From: Neophaeotheca triangularis
Lineage: Eukaryota
DNA: 64,000 nt
Reading direction: 5' to 3'
Assembly: GCA_054600435.1 (NCBI GenBank)
Contig: BAAIJX010000012.1
Location: 186,001 to 250,000, forward strand
Shown here: piece after piece, positions 10,556 to 21,650 of the stretch
How positions within the stretch are numbered: position 1 is the stretch's first letter
Layout: every line of letters begins with the position of its first letter
The notes under the pieces: generated by a model
Seen by the model: only the letters and a program-made list of their open reading frames with translations
What the model was told of the DNA's origin: nothing
The model's database searches: none
Position numbers and translations under genes: made by a program

Positions 10556-13503
10556 ATGTTTGTGAAGTATTTGCCCCTACTGGGGATCTTGGGTCTGACA
10601 GGGCATGGACTCGCTCAGGAGGGCTATGGTGATTCCAGACCATCAGCGAACGACCAAGTCAGAGTGCACTGGCTTGGTGATACGCCTCCGGTCGTATCGG
10701 GCACTACTTTCGGCGTACCATGGGCTCGAGGCCAGTACATGCCCGAAGAGGCACGCTTCTCCATCATGTCGACAGATGGGCAGGAAGTGAATGCTCAGAC
10801 CTGGCCTACGGCTTACTGGCCAGACGGTTCTATCAAGTGGACGGCTCACGCCATTGCGGCCAGCAACACGACTTTCGACGAGTACACCATCAATGTATCC
10901 AGCGATGGCGGCTCCGCTCACGCCAGCTCGGATAACCACGGCGGAGTTACAGTTACTCAGAACGATGACTACGTTGAGGTCGACACTGGATCTATCGCGG
11001 CTAAATTCCCCAAGTCCGGTCATTCCATCATCAGCGAGATTATGTCTTCCAGTGGAAACGTCATTGGCGAGAACGGCAGACTCGTCTTGCAGCACAAGTC
11101 CGAGTTCGCTGGGCGCGACGTTACGCACTTCGAGAGCAACATCCTAGATGTCACCGTTCAAGAAGAGAGCGGCCCTGTCAGAGCTCTGGTCACGGTCAAG
11201 GGTAACCACACCGTGCAAGGGGACTCTGGGGACAGCCACGCTCCATGGCTACCATTCCAGCTGCGCTTCTACATGTACGCCAACTCGGAGGCAATCAGGG
11301 TTGTGCACAGCGTGATATACGATGGCGACCAAAACTCCGACTTCATCGCTGGGCTCGGGCTCCGATTCGACGTTCCTTTGAACGACAAGCTTTACAACCG
11401 ACACGTCCGTATTGCCAACCAAGAGGGCGGCTTCCTCAGCGAGGCTGTCTTGGGTATCACTGGTCTTCGCCGGGACCCTGGCGAGGAAATCAGGGACGCT
11501 CAGATCGAAGGGGTACCGCTCCCGCCCGAAGAGGAATGGGACGAGCGAGTCACCTCCCGGCTCCAGTGGATTTTCCCCTGGAAGGAGTACAGCCTAGACC
11601 AGCTGTCTCCAGACGGCTTCACCATGGACAAGCGTGTCGATACCCAGTGGGGCCGCGTCAAGATCGCCGGAGGCACTCGCGCCGGCGGTCTTGCGTATCT
11701 TGGGGGTGCCACCTCGGGCGGTCTCGCACTTGGTCTGCGCGACTTTTGGCAACAGTACCCGGTCAGCCTTGACATTAGAAACGCCACCGACGACGCTGGT
11801 GAACTCACCCTGTGGCTCTACAGCCCCAAAGCCGAGCCCATGGATCTCCGCCCTTACCACGGTGTCGCAGGCCAGGAGACATTCGAGGACCAACTCGATG
11901 CTCTGGACATCACCTATGAAGACTACCAGCCCGGCTGGGACACTCCCTACGGCAACGCTAAGACGCACGAACTTTACATCTTCGGCTTTGAAAGCACGCC
12001 CTCCACGGATCATCTCGCAGACCTGACCGAGAACATGCACGACCCTCCCGTTCTGGTCGCTGAGCCCGGATACATGGCTTCCACCGAAGCTCTTGGGGAC
12101 TACTGGTACACGCTCCCGAACGTAACCTCGGAAGCCACGCAGGAGATTGAGGGAAACCTTCAGTTCCTCATGGATTTCTACATGCGTCAAGTTGAGGACC
12201 ACAGGTGGTATGGCTGGTGGGATTACGGTGATGTTATGCACACCTATGACCCGGACAGGCATCAATGGCGCTACGATGTGAGTGATAATATGGAGATGTA
12301 GAGAAAAGAGGGACCCTCCGGCATTGTATTGCTTGCTAACTCATCCTTTCAGGTCGGGGGTTACGCGTGGGACAACTCGGAACTCTCCCCAGACCTCTGG
12401 CTCTGGCAGGACTTCCTTCGAACTTCATCGCACGATACTTACAGAATGGCTGAAAGAATGACTAGACACACTGGCGAAGTAGACGTGTACCACTTTGGCC
12501 CATTCAAGGGCTTTGGTACCAGGCACGGTGTTCAGCACTTCTCCGACAGCTCCAAGCAGCCGCGGGTGTCGCAAGCCCAATACCGCAAGACCTTCTTCTA
12601 CCTCTCCGGCGGCGACGAGCGCGTAGGCGAGCTGCTCGACGAGATGCTCGACGCCGAAGACACCTTCCTGAACGTCGACATCCGCCGTAAAGTCCGCGAC
12701 TCGGACATTGAGTACTCACCGGACCCGGAAGCGCTGCTCTTCGACACCGGCCTCGACTGGTCCGGTGTCGCCAGTGCCTGGCTGATCGAGTGGGAAAGGC
12801 GCGGTCCTCGCTGGGAAGAATCCCGCATGAAGCTCATCAACACCATGAACGGGCTCGGCAACCTCACCAACGGCTTCGCCACCGGCTCCGCCCTGTACAA
12901 CCAAACCGACGGCACCCTTTCCCCACCCCCCGAAGACCCGGACAACGAAGGCGTCGTCGACGTAAGCCACCTAACAGCCGTCTTCGGCCTCCCCGAAGTG
13001 ATCGCCCAGGTAAGCCCAAACCCCCAGCCCCCCCTCCCAAAACCAACCAACCGACCCTAACCCCCCCTCCTCCCTCAAAGCTCCGCGTCCACATGGCCTC
13101 CGAATTCCCCCAACCCTTCCTCTCCGCCTGGCTCGAATACTGCACCCTCTACGGCGCCAGCCGCGCCGAGCAAGCCGGCCGCTACGGCGAAGACTTCGGC
13201 AACCTGATCCTGCAACAAGGCCACTCGCGGCTCACAGCCTACGCGGCGCGCGAGTCGCAAAACGCCACGCTGCGCGACCGCGCTTGGCAGGCCTTCTACA
13301 CCGACGGCCTCACGCCCTACGTGCCTTGGTCCGCTGAGCTTCTCGACGGCAGTCGCGTGCAGCGGCCTTTGGAGGAGGCCCAGTGGGTTAGCACCAACGA
13401 GGCCGCGCAGTATGGTTTGGCGGCTATTCAGAACTTGGCTTTGATTGGAGCCGCGCCGCCGCCGCCGCCGGAGCCTGAGGAGGAGCCTGAGGAGGGGGCT
13501 TGA
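10556..13503 (+). CDS. Secreted PL26-family exo-rhamnogalacturonan lyase (PcRGLX/YetA-like), ~933 aa; exons 10556-12277, 12353-13009, 13081-13503
   Basis: Signal peptide MFVKYLPLLGILGLTGHGLA; family motifs TTFGVPW, WPDGSIKWTAHA, WYGWWDYGDVMHTYD..RHQWRYDVGGYAWDNSELSPDLWLW, RHTGEVDVYH, GTRHGVQH, GHSRLTAYAA and STNEAAQYGL. Introns 12278-12352 and 13010-13080 are canonical and give a continuous frame. Confidence 0.85.
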
Positions 13504-14255
13504 GGGTCGGTCTTACTCCTGAGTGAGGCTTGACTTTGTAGATGAGTGAATTGGTAGAATCAATGTTCTTGAGCTAGAGTCTTGAATCGTAGATTGAACG
13601 TTGCTAGTTACTAGTACTAGTTTGATCTAATGAAGAGGATCATGGCTCGGGATGCTCCTCTCTCTCTCTCCCTCTCCCTCTCTCTCTCTCTGCACAAAGG
13701 CGCTACATAAAAACGTATTAAAAGCCACATAAAACCAAAGAAACAAGAGAGATATAGTTGTATTCGAGACGAAAATGAACCCCCAGTAGAAGGAACTACC
13801 TAGCTGAGGGGGAAAGGGATTTGGCGTAAAACTAGTTAGACACGCTCTTACTTCTGGCTCTGCATACCAACTACACACCAGCCGCAAAAAGCTCCAGCAC
13901 GTACCGGAGCCAGTTGTGGATCCTAGTACAGTACTGATGGGAAACAGGGAAACCTCTAGTCTTCTGTATGCAAGCCTCCAAGCGACGCTATCGCCGGAAG
14001 AGTATATCTCCGTACTGTATATATACCTTTGGCTCTTAAAAAGCTGTCTCTCTCTCTCTCTCTCTTCTTCCTTCAGTGTATATAGTCAAGCAGACATGTC
14101 GCTTTTAATAGCTGTATCGACAAGACGCGAACATGGCCGCAAAAAAACAAGCACGCGCATAAAAGTAGAAATCCGGGTGGCGAGCCGCTCTTCCCAGAGT
14201 TGTGAACCTCCCAAAAAAAAAAAAAAACGCCCAGAAAAATGCAGTCGTCGACGGC

Positions 14256-16902
14256 TTACTCCGAACCGTTGGAATCGTCCTCGATGGCTTGATCGTCGTC
14301 GTGGTGCCTCTTCTCCAACTCCTCGACATTGTGAATAGCGCTCTGCAGCGCACTCGTCAGGTCGAGATGGAACAGAGGGCGATTCAGCCCCTGCACGACA
14401 GCAACCTTGGTGTTGGGCGCCGGGCGGTAGGCTTTGCTGGACTTGATGGCAGCGTCGATGTCGTCGCCGTCGGTAAAGTCCTTGTCGGAGAAGTCTTTGC
14501 GGGCGACGGCATCGTGAGCGCCGGTAGAGCTGCGCAGGCGACCCGTCTCGACGTCGCGGGTGCGTTGCCGGTTGAGAGCGTCTTCGGCGGCTTCGGCGGC
14601 CGAAGAGGCTCCGCCTAGTTCGGCCACGCTGAAGATGGGTTTCCAGCGGTGGAAGCCTTCGTCGGCTTCGGCGGTTGGGTAGCCAAAACCGGCTGCGGCG
14701 AGGGCACGCTTGGTCCAACGGTTGTTGATGCAGGCGATGTGCCATTGCACGGTGTGGGGTGCGGCATATTTGTCGAGTTGATTTCGTACGTCGATGAGGT
14801 GCTGGACTGACGTAATATCTACGTTATTGACGGAAGAGAAGTCCAGGATGATGGCCTTGAGAGTCGGGCGATCGTCTTCTACCGTTTGCTCTGCACCCTT
14901 CCGCGGGCCAGGGTCGTTCCACGGCCTATCGCCTCTCTTCTTGAAAGTATCTGGGTCGGTACGGCGGGTGTCCTTGAATATGACTTCTACCATGTAGTCA
15001 AGATAGTGGTTCGCGTTGGGGTAGTTGTAGCCTTCAGAGAAGCGATAGATGAAGATACCAGGGTAGGGGTGCTGCGCTTGAATTTGCGGGTTGGAGCCAT
15101 CGAGGTGGTCGATGGGCAGGAAAAGGTTCCTAGTGGACGTGTTGTTGGCGTTTGGTCCTTTCTTGACTTGATTGAGGTGGTCATCGCTGTCGACGAGGTG
15201 ATCGCCGATGACGGAATGCACCTTGACCCTGCCAAGGAAGCGACCTCTCGCCTTGAAGATGCGGAACAGGAGCAGAGCGGCGGACACAGCGACGACGACG
15301 TAGATACCAATCTCGATGGTGGTGAAGACCGTAACAATGACACCAGCAAAGAAGATGAAGACCTCGAATGGCGAAATCCTCCAAAACTGGTAGACAGTGT
15401 TTGGTGGTGTAATCAGGTCGCCGACAGCGTGGATGATGACAGCGGAGAGCGCAGCATTTGGAATGTAGAAAAAGACAGCTGGAAGGGCGTAGATGGCCAG
15501 CAAAACGACAACGGCCGTGATGACACCGGCGAAAGGTGTTCGGACACCGGCCTTGGACTTGATGGCTGTACGAGAGAAGGATCCAGTAGCTGGGTAGCCA
15601 CCAAGAAAAGGTCCTAAGAGGTTGGAAACACCAATGGCCACAAGCTCTTGCGAAGGATCGATGGTGTAGTTGTTGATCCTGCCGAACGACTTGGCAATGG
15701 AAATGTGCTCAATTAGCAGAACAATGACCGAGGCCGGAAGCTGATCGGCAAAGATTGAGATGATGTTCGAGTTGACTGTCGGGACAGCGGCATGCTGAAA
15801 ACCACGGGGAACCTGACCCAGAATTCTGAAGGGAGATTGGTCTTCATTCTGGCCGTCGAGGTCGAGATTGGCAAGCCAGCCAACAAGGGTGTAAAGCAGA
15901 ATGATGAAGACCGTCCTCAGAGTTTGACAAAAGAACCAGAATTTTCTGCGCTGCGGTTGCTTCTTGGCAAGGTAGGTGAAACCCGAGCGGATCGCGTAGA
16001 GCGCGAACAGGGCCGTCAAACCCAAGGCAGCATCGAGAGAAGTTGTCGGGAGGTTCCTGAGCGTGTTGATGAAGACGAGATACGGAGAGTCGCGCGTGGA
16101 AGGAACGGTGATTCCCATCATGGTAGGTACTTGACCAACGGCGATTGTGATGGCAGATCCAGTCATAAAGGCAGAAATGGCAGTGAGCGAGATGAAGTCG
16201 ACGAGCCAACCCATTCTCAAAAGACCAAAGGCGCAGACGATAGCACCCGCAATAACACCCAGCGAGGATGCGATTACGTGACCAGGGATTTCAGGGTTGG
16301 TATCTTGAGCGTCCAAAACGATGTTGCCGACAATGGTCGACATGACGGCGACAGGCTGGAATTGGAGTCAGCATGGGCTGCACCGAAACGAGGGCTAGCC
16401 AACACTTACGCCAATAGTAATGTCTTTAGAAGTGGCGAAGAACCAATAGACGAGTACACCCATGAAGGACGAGTAAAGACCGTACTCGACGGGCAGCTGC
16501 GCGAGCTGTGCGTAGGCCATTCCTTGCGGCACGACAACAGCGCCAATGGTGATTCCTGATCATTCATCAGCTCTACCACACACAACACGACTGGATCAAA
16601 AGTAGATTCCAAAGCATACCAGCAACCAAGTCTCCGATAAGCCATTGGACATTGTACTTTCCGATCCAGTGGACAAAGGGAAACAGGCCGTAGACATAAT
16701 TCTTCATGTCAGTAGGCGTGGGGGTGATTTCCTTGAAATATTCCGCTACAGTCGGTTCCTGCTCGACATAGGTGTCGGCGCTGGTGACGGAGAAGACTGA
16801 TTCGCCGCGCGACAGCTTTTCCTGTTGGATCTCATTGCGGTAGTCGAGTTTGATGCCGAGACCTTTGGCCAGGCCGTGGCCAAGTTGAGATCTGGACGGC
16901 AT
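14256..16902 (-). CDS. SUL1: SulP/SLC26 sulfate permease with STAS domain, ~842 aa; exons 16902-16620, 16555-16410, 16355-14256
   Basis: Spliced sequence GDLVAGITIGAVVVPQGMAYA...ITIGPVAVMS; EHISIAKSFGR, GYPATGSFSRTAIKS, and STAS motif IILDFSSVNNVD. Introns 16619-16556 and 16409-16356 are canonical. Confidence 0.95.
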
Positions 16903-16980
16903 GGTGTTGAATGAGAGGAGAGGGGTGGGGGTGCCCTGAGGGCGGAGGGCGGATTTGGATTGGCCTCCTCAATCGGTAGT

Positions 16981-17001
16981 GGTGGTGGTGGTGGTGGTGG
17001 T
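16981..17001. repeat. (GGT)7 microsatellite in the permease 5' leader
   Basis: Direct reading. Confidence 0.8.
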
Positions 17002-17527
17002 GTTTGATGTTTGATGTTTCTGCTGCTGAAGTCGCGACCCAGTTTCGTCGGAATGAGTAGTGTGAAGTAGAGGAAAAGGCAACATGAAGGTCAACAACGA
17101 CAACAACAATAGCAAAAGGGCGTGTTTGATGTTTTTGATAGCGTCGAGAGCGTAATAATTAAGTCGGTAATAGTTTGGGTGACTCGGGTGAGAGGGAGAG
17201 AGTTTCTGATCAGCACGACGCAATCGGACCCACGCTGGAACAATGTCGTGATGCGCACAGGCGGAAGGGTGGGCGACTTGAGTCTTGGGCTCTTGATAGA
17301 CTGACAAAATCCCTGCACTACTTTCGCCAGATTCGCCAGCCGCCACGGCTGAGAACTTTAACACAGACAGTAGTAGTACTCTAGGTAGTACTAAACTACC
17401 CTCCAGCCAATGACCGACGCTGCAGAAGGCATCATTCTAGCGGCTCGCACGCATTATTATAATAATTATTCCAATGTCAATCAATCTTGACATACCTTAT
17501 CTCACCATCTCTACTACTAGTTATTAT

Positions 17528-17563
<36 letters not shown>
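17528..17563. repeat. (TAC)12 microsatellite
   Basis: Direct reading. Confidence 0.9.
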
Positions 17564-18267
17564 CTCCTACTCCTACTAACATCCACCCCGACATGCAAGT
17601 TGCAACCTCTCGCACAATTTCAACTGTTTAGCTTGTAGTCAGTCTTGCACCACTAATGCATCTAGACATCGCCAAATGCCCATGGGGAATGAGAAAGTGG
17701 ATGCTGTCCGCTCTAGGTACCTGGTAGCCTGACTTCACCTCGTCTTGAAAGTCCCTCAGACTATTTGCCCGCCTGTTTGCTTTCACACACCGCTATCTTC
17801 GTTGGAGAGTGTCAAGATATCAATTCGCAATCACACGAGGAATAGCAACTGTATTGGTCTTCCTGCATGGACAGCCCCCGGGCATGACAGCTCATACATT
17901 TATCTCCTATCCACCAGTCTGACTAGCTGCTTGCACCTCTGGGACATAGCTAAATTGATGAGGGAGTACCCAGGCTGCATCGATGGACAGTCGCAAGGAA
18001 CACTTTAGTCCGCCTAGCTGTTCGTACCTCCTTCATCGGTACCGCCAATACCAGTTCTCTAGCTCTTCGCGTCAAGGAAGACTGTAGATAGAACTGCAGA
18101 CTTCCCGTACAAAGCTTTGATCGTCAGCCTCTCCAGCGTAGAACGTTCACCTACGTGGGAAGAAGCCTTCTGGAAGAAACCTGTAAATTCTTACCCAAGA
18201 GCTTGTCACCGGTCAAGGTGCAACTGGAAGTCTTGATTGCAATTGCTGATCGCCATACTTGGTATGG

Positions 18268-18363
18268 ATTGCGCGATGACACGTGATGCACGTGCCGAAA
18301 AAACGCGTGAGCCACGTGCTTGCTTCTGGAGATACTGCACCTCACCCCACGAGGTCGCACGTT
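18268..18363. promoter_or_regulatory. Cluster of bHLH E-boxes (3x CACGTG plus CACGAG and CACGTT) ~1.4 kb upstream of the sulfate permease
   Basis: CACGTG at 18280, 18289 and 18313; CACGAG at 18348; CACGTT at 18358; near-palindrome ATTGCGCGAT at 18268. Confidence 0.45.
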
Positions 18364-18641
18364 GACGAGGCCGGTGAGTTTTTGGCAACTCCCGTTAGAG
18401 GAAATCCTCGATTGCGTGGTGGTATGTAGGCGTCCATGAATCCTCAACCGGAAGGTGGTAGACGGTGGGTAGACTAGCCGATGCTCCGAGTGCTGTCCCT
18501 ATGGCGCTGTTTGAGCTGATGTCCGCCGCGGCATCAAAGCTTAGACAACAGTATCATCGCTCCGGAAGCCAACCGTTCTCGAACGAGTCCTTCCGCCTCG
18601 AGCGCAAGTTCTCACAAGCTCTAGCCCGAACGCAACCACAA

Positions 18642-19127
18642 TTACCAAGGCTCAACCCTAGGCGTCCTCACCACCTCCGCCTCCTTCCCCCCCTCAGCAT
18701 CCCTCATCTCATCCTCCCTGGGATCCGCAAGCGCCCCAGCCTCCCCATCCCCAAACCGGGCCCTCGCCCTCCGCCACCCAAACTTGCCCACCGCCCACAA
18801 AACCCCCATCCCCGCACCGCCCAAGATCCCCGTCGGCGCTATCACAAAAGCCGCCCCGGAAACCACACTCCCCAGCACCGTACCGCTCACGGCCGCCACG
18901 GCCGCCCCCACGGCCGCGTACTTTGCGTACCGCACGACGCGCCAGAACAGGAAGACGGCCACGTAGCGCGCGCTGCGCAGCAAGGCTCGCGTTCGTAAAG
19001 TCGCAGGCCGCGGTCCGGTTTGAGGGTCTAGCATGTATTTGACCGTGTTTTTGGCGCTTGAGAGGCGGGTGTGGGTTTCGGGATGGGGGGTTTGGGGCGC
19101 TTGGGTGGCGGTTTGGGTTGAGGCCAT
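18642..19127 (-). CDS. Hypothetical small membrane protein, 161 aa
   Basis: Clean ORF: a basic amphipathic segment (LRTRALLRSARY...FWRVVRYAKY) followed by a long Ala/Gly-rich hydrophobic stretch. Resembles a conserved Pezizomycotina unknown protein. Confidence 0.75.
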   Translation of the reverse strand: MASTQTATQAPQTPHPETHTRLSSAKNTVKYMLDPQTGPRPATLRTRALLRSARYVAVFLFWRVVRYAKYAAVGAAVAAVSGTVLGSVVSGAAFVIAPTGILGGAGMGVLWAVGKFGWRRARARFGDGEAGALADPREDEMRDAEGGKEAEVVRTPRVEPW

Positions 19128-19710
19128 GCTTGCGGGTGGTGCTGCTGTGAGGTGGGCGGACCGTGGGAGGAGAAGCCTGGTTTTCTGGCCTTTCCCGATC
19201 TTCTTTCCTGGTTATTTCGAATTCACGTTCCGACGAGAAGGGTGGCGATGTGGCAGAGACTACGTTTCCTACTGACAGGTGCAAACGTGATGAAGCTCGG
19301 ACGCGTTGTGCTGCTTAGTCGCCTCGTTAGGGTTAGGGTTGGTGAATGCTCTCGCCCTCTGCCATGTTCTCCTTTTGTCCGCCTCTGTTGTTGCCCTAGT
19401 AATGGCGCTTGCTCTCCTTATATGTATGCATTGCCTATATTGTGGGAAAGGAAGAAACGTGTTGAACTATTGAAATTGATACTACGGTCTCACCCCCACT
19501 GCTGGGTAATGATATCGCGAACCAACAGCCGCACTAACCATAACACAAACCAAATGTTTCCACCCGCCTGTCTATCATACATGATGATCAAGTTCCAGTC
19601 TGACGATGGCACAGCTTCACCGAAGACAATCCAGCCCTCGCTTCTCCCCGAGGAACCATACGCAAAGCCACCTTCCTCTACCCCCCTCCACCGCCGACCT
19701 CTGCAATGGC

Positions 19711-20793
19711 CTAGCTCAAGTACCTCCCATCAACATACCAAGCGTCGGCATATCCCTCGCCCAACACCGTCGCCACCTCCACAGGGTGCTCAAGCTCAGT
19801 CGCAAAATCCACCCTCTCACCCTCACTCCCCGGCCCATAATTCCCAAACTCAGCATAAGTAACATTGCCCACCTCATCCCCCTCATTCCACCGGATCCAG
19901 CCCGCGGGATTAATCACAGCACTCATCTCGGTAAACTGGAAGCCCACGCGAGCATGGTCCCTCCAAGGCCTGCCCAAGTAGTAGCTGCCATCCGGCACGT
20001 CTTGGCCCTCGGCAGCGGCGATGTTGCACTTGTTGAAGAGGTACCAGTTTGCGTCGTCGCTTTGGCGGCCCGAGGCGGTGATCCAGCGCCCGCCTTCGAC
20101 GACCCGGATGTCGCATTGCTCGAACCAGACGGACGCTTGCAGGCCGAAGACGAAGTCGGTGGCCCCTGTGATCAGCGAGTGGCTGTAGGTTTGGTTGCCG
20201 ACGTTGGCGAGGAGCGTGTCTTGGTGGCCGTAGATGCCGATGCCGTAGTAGCCTTGGTTCTGGAGGAGTGTCAGTGGGGTGTTTACAAGGAACGGGGGTT
20301 TTGTTGGAGGGGGGAGGGTGCTTACGGTGGCGTAAGTGGAGAGGGCGATCGCTTGGCTACCGACGCCCCAGGAGTTGATCACGTCCACATTGTAGAGTTT
20401 GAAGTTCTCGGTGTGGACGCGAAGGGTGCCGGTCAAGTCGTTGTTTGCTTTAGTCTCTTGGCTCTCGCCGGCGGTAATGGAGACCTGGTTGCCCTTGTAC
20501 GACGTCATGTCTTCGGTGTAGCCGTAGACGGTCAGTGGTCCATCCAGGCGCGAAATGTACACCTGCTCGGCGTAGACGCCGGGATAGATGAAGATGGCCT
20601 GCTCGTCCGTGGTGTTGGTCGTCAAGGCATCGACTGCGGCTTGGATGGTGGTGTATTCAGCGCCAGCACCGACTACAAAGGCTCCTTCGGGGGGCGAGAT
20701 GTTGGCATTGGGTGCAACGGGAGGTTGGGCAGCAGAACCCTCTTGCCCAAGGGCAAAGGCTGCGAAAGCTAGAACAAATTTAACGGCCAGCAT
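19711..20793 (-). CDS. pme: Secreted pectin methylesterase (CE8), ~338 aa; exons 20793-20326, 20259-19711
   Basis: Signal peptide MLAVKFVLAFAAFALG; CE8 motifs YTTIQAAVDAL, PGVYAEQV, QAIAL, QDTL, GATDFVFG and YLGRPW. In-frame 66-nt intron 20325-20260 (GTAAGC...CTGAC...CAG). Confidence 0.95.
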   Translation of the reverse strand: MLAVKFVLAFAAFALGQEGSAAQPPVAPNANISPPEGAFVVGAGAEYTTIQAAVDALTTNTTDEQAIFIYPGVYAEQVYISRLDGPLTVYGYTEDMTSYKGNQVSITAGESQETKANNDLTGTLRVHTENFKLYNVDVINSWGVGSQAIALSTYATVSTLPPPTKPPFLVNTPLTLLQNQGYYGIGIYGHQDTLLANVGNQTYSHSLITGATDFVFGLQASVWFEQCDIRVVEGGRWITASGRQSDDANWYLFNKCNIAAAEGQDVPDGSYYLGRPWRDHARVGFQFTEMSAVINPAGWIRWNEGDEVGNVTYAEFGNYGPGSEGERVDFATELEHPVEVATVLGEGYADAWYVDGRYLS

Positions 20794-21650
20794 GGTTGGA
20801 TTGGAAATGCTTGCTTGTTGAATTCCAAAAGGACCAAGAAGAGAGGTCACGCCGGTACTTATACGGATCGATTATTTTAATTGACAGGCGAAGTAATCGA
20901 ACTTGCAGCAATAATGGTAGGGCTGCGCTTGGTTTCAAGGGGCGAAACATGCACCTAGGGCTTACTACGCACGGATAAATGTCGTAGTAACGCTTCAGAT
21001 AGACAGAAGCGCGTCAGCCATGCTACAAATATTTCGACAGTCATTACGGACTTGTTTGCATGGAGTGAAAATTTTGGGGTGGGCTACTGAAAGAAATATA
21101 AGAAAGTTGCCACAGACACTTCTAGCCTTATGTTGGTCACCTACTGCCACCGTCTTTCGGCCGTAGCTGCCGGTCTTCGGCGTCGCTTCGCTTTTGTCTC
21201 GCAGGACGGTACCAAGCATCACCCGTCAGCCTGATGGTGCAGCGTTTTACCGCGTAGACGCGTAGTATAGAAGTGTCGCATACCCAAACGGCAGAAGAAG
21301 CCGAGACATTGACAAGACACGATTTTGGCGTCGCCGCGGTTGAACGAGGGCAATGGAACACAAGTATGTATAGAGTCCAAAAGCACGGCTTCAGCACTGT
21401 CATGAGGATGAGTTCCACCAGTGGTTGTTCTATGGTTGCAATGTTGTTGTTCGTCCAAATCTTTATCGAGGCGTACTACCTTCTTGGATGAAACCCGGGC
21501 TGTACACACCTACCGGCATCCAATGTGTGTCAAGCCATGGCTGACGTCGATGAGAGCAGCCTGCTATCTCAATGTCTATCCGTGGAAACGGACGAACACA
21601 CGCTTATGCCGAGAAAGCCAAGCGTAAGGTTTACCGTAAGGTCGAGTAGA

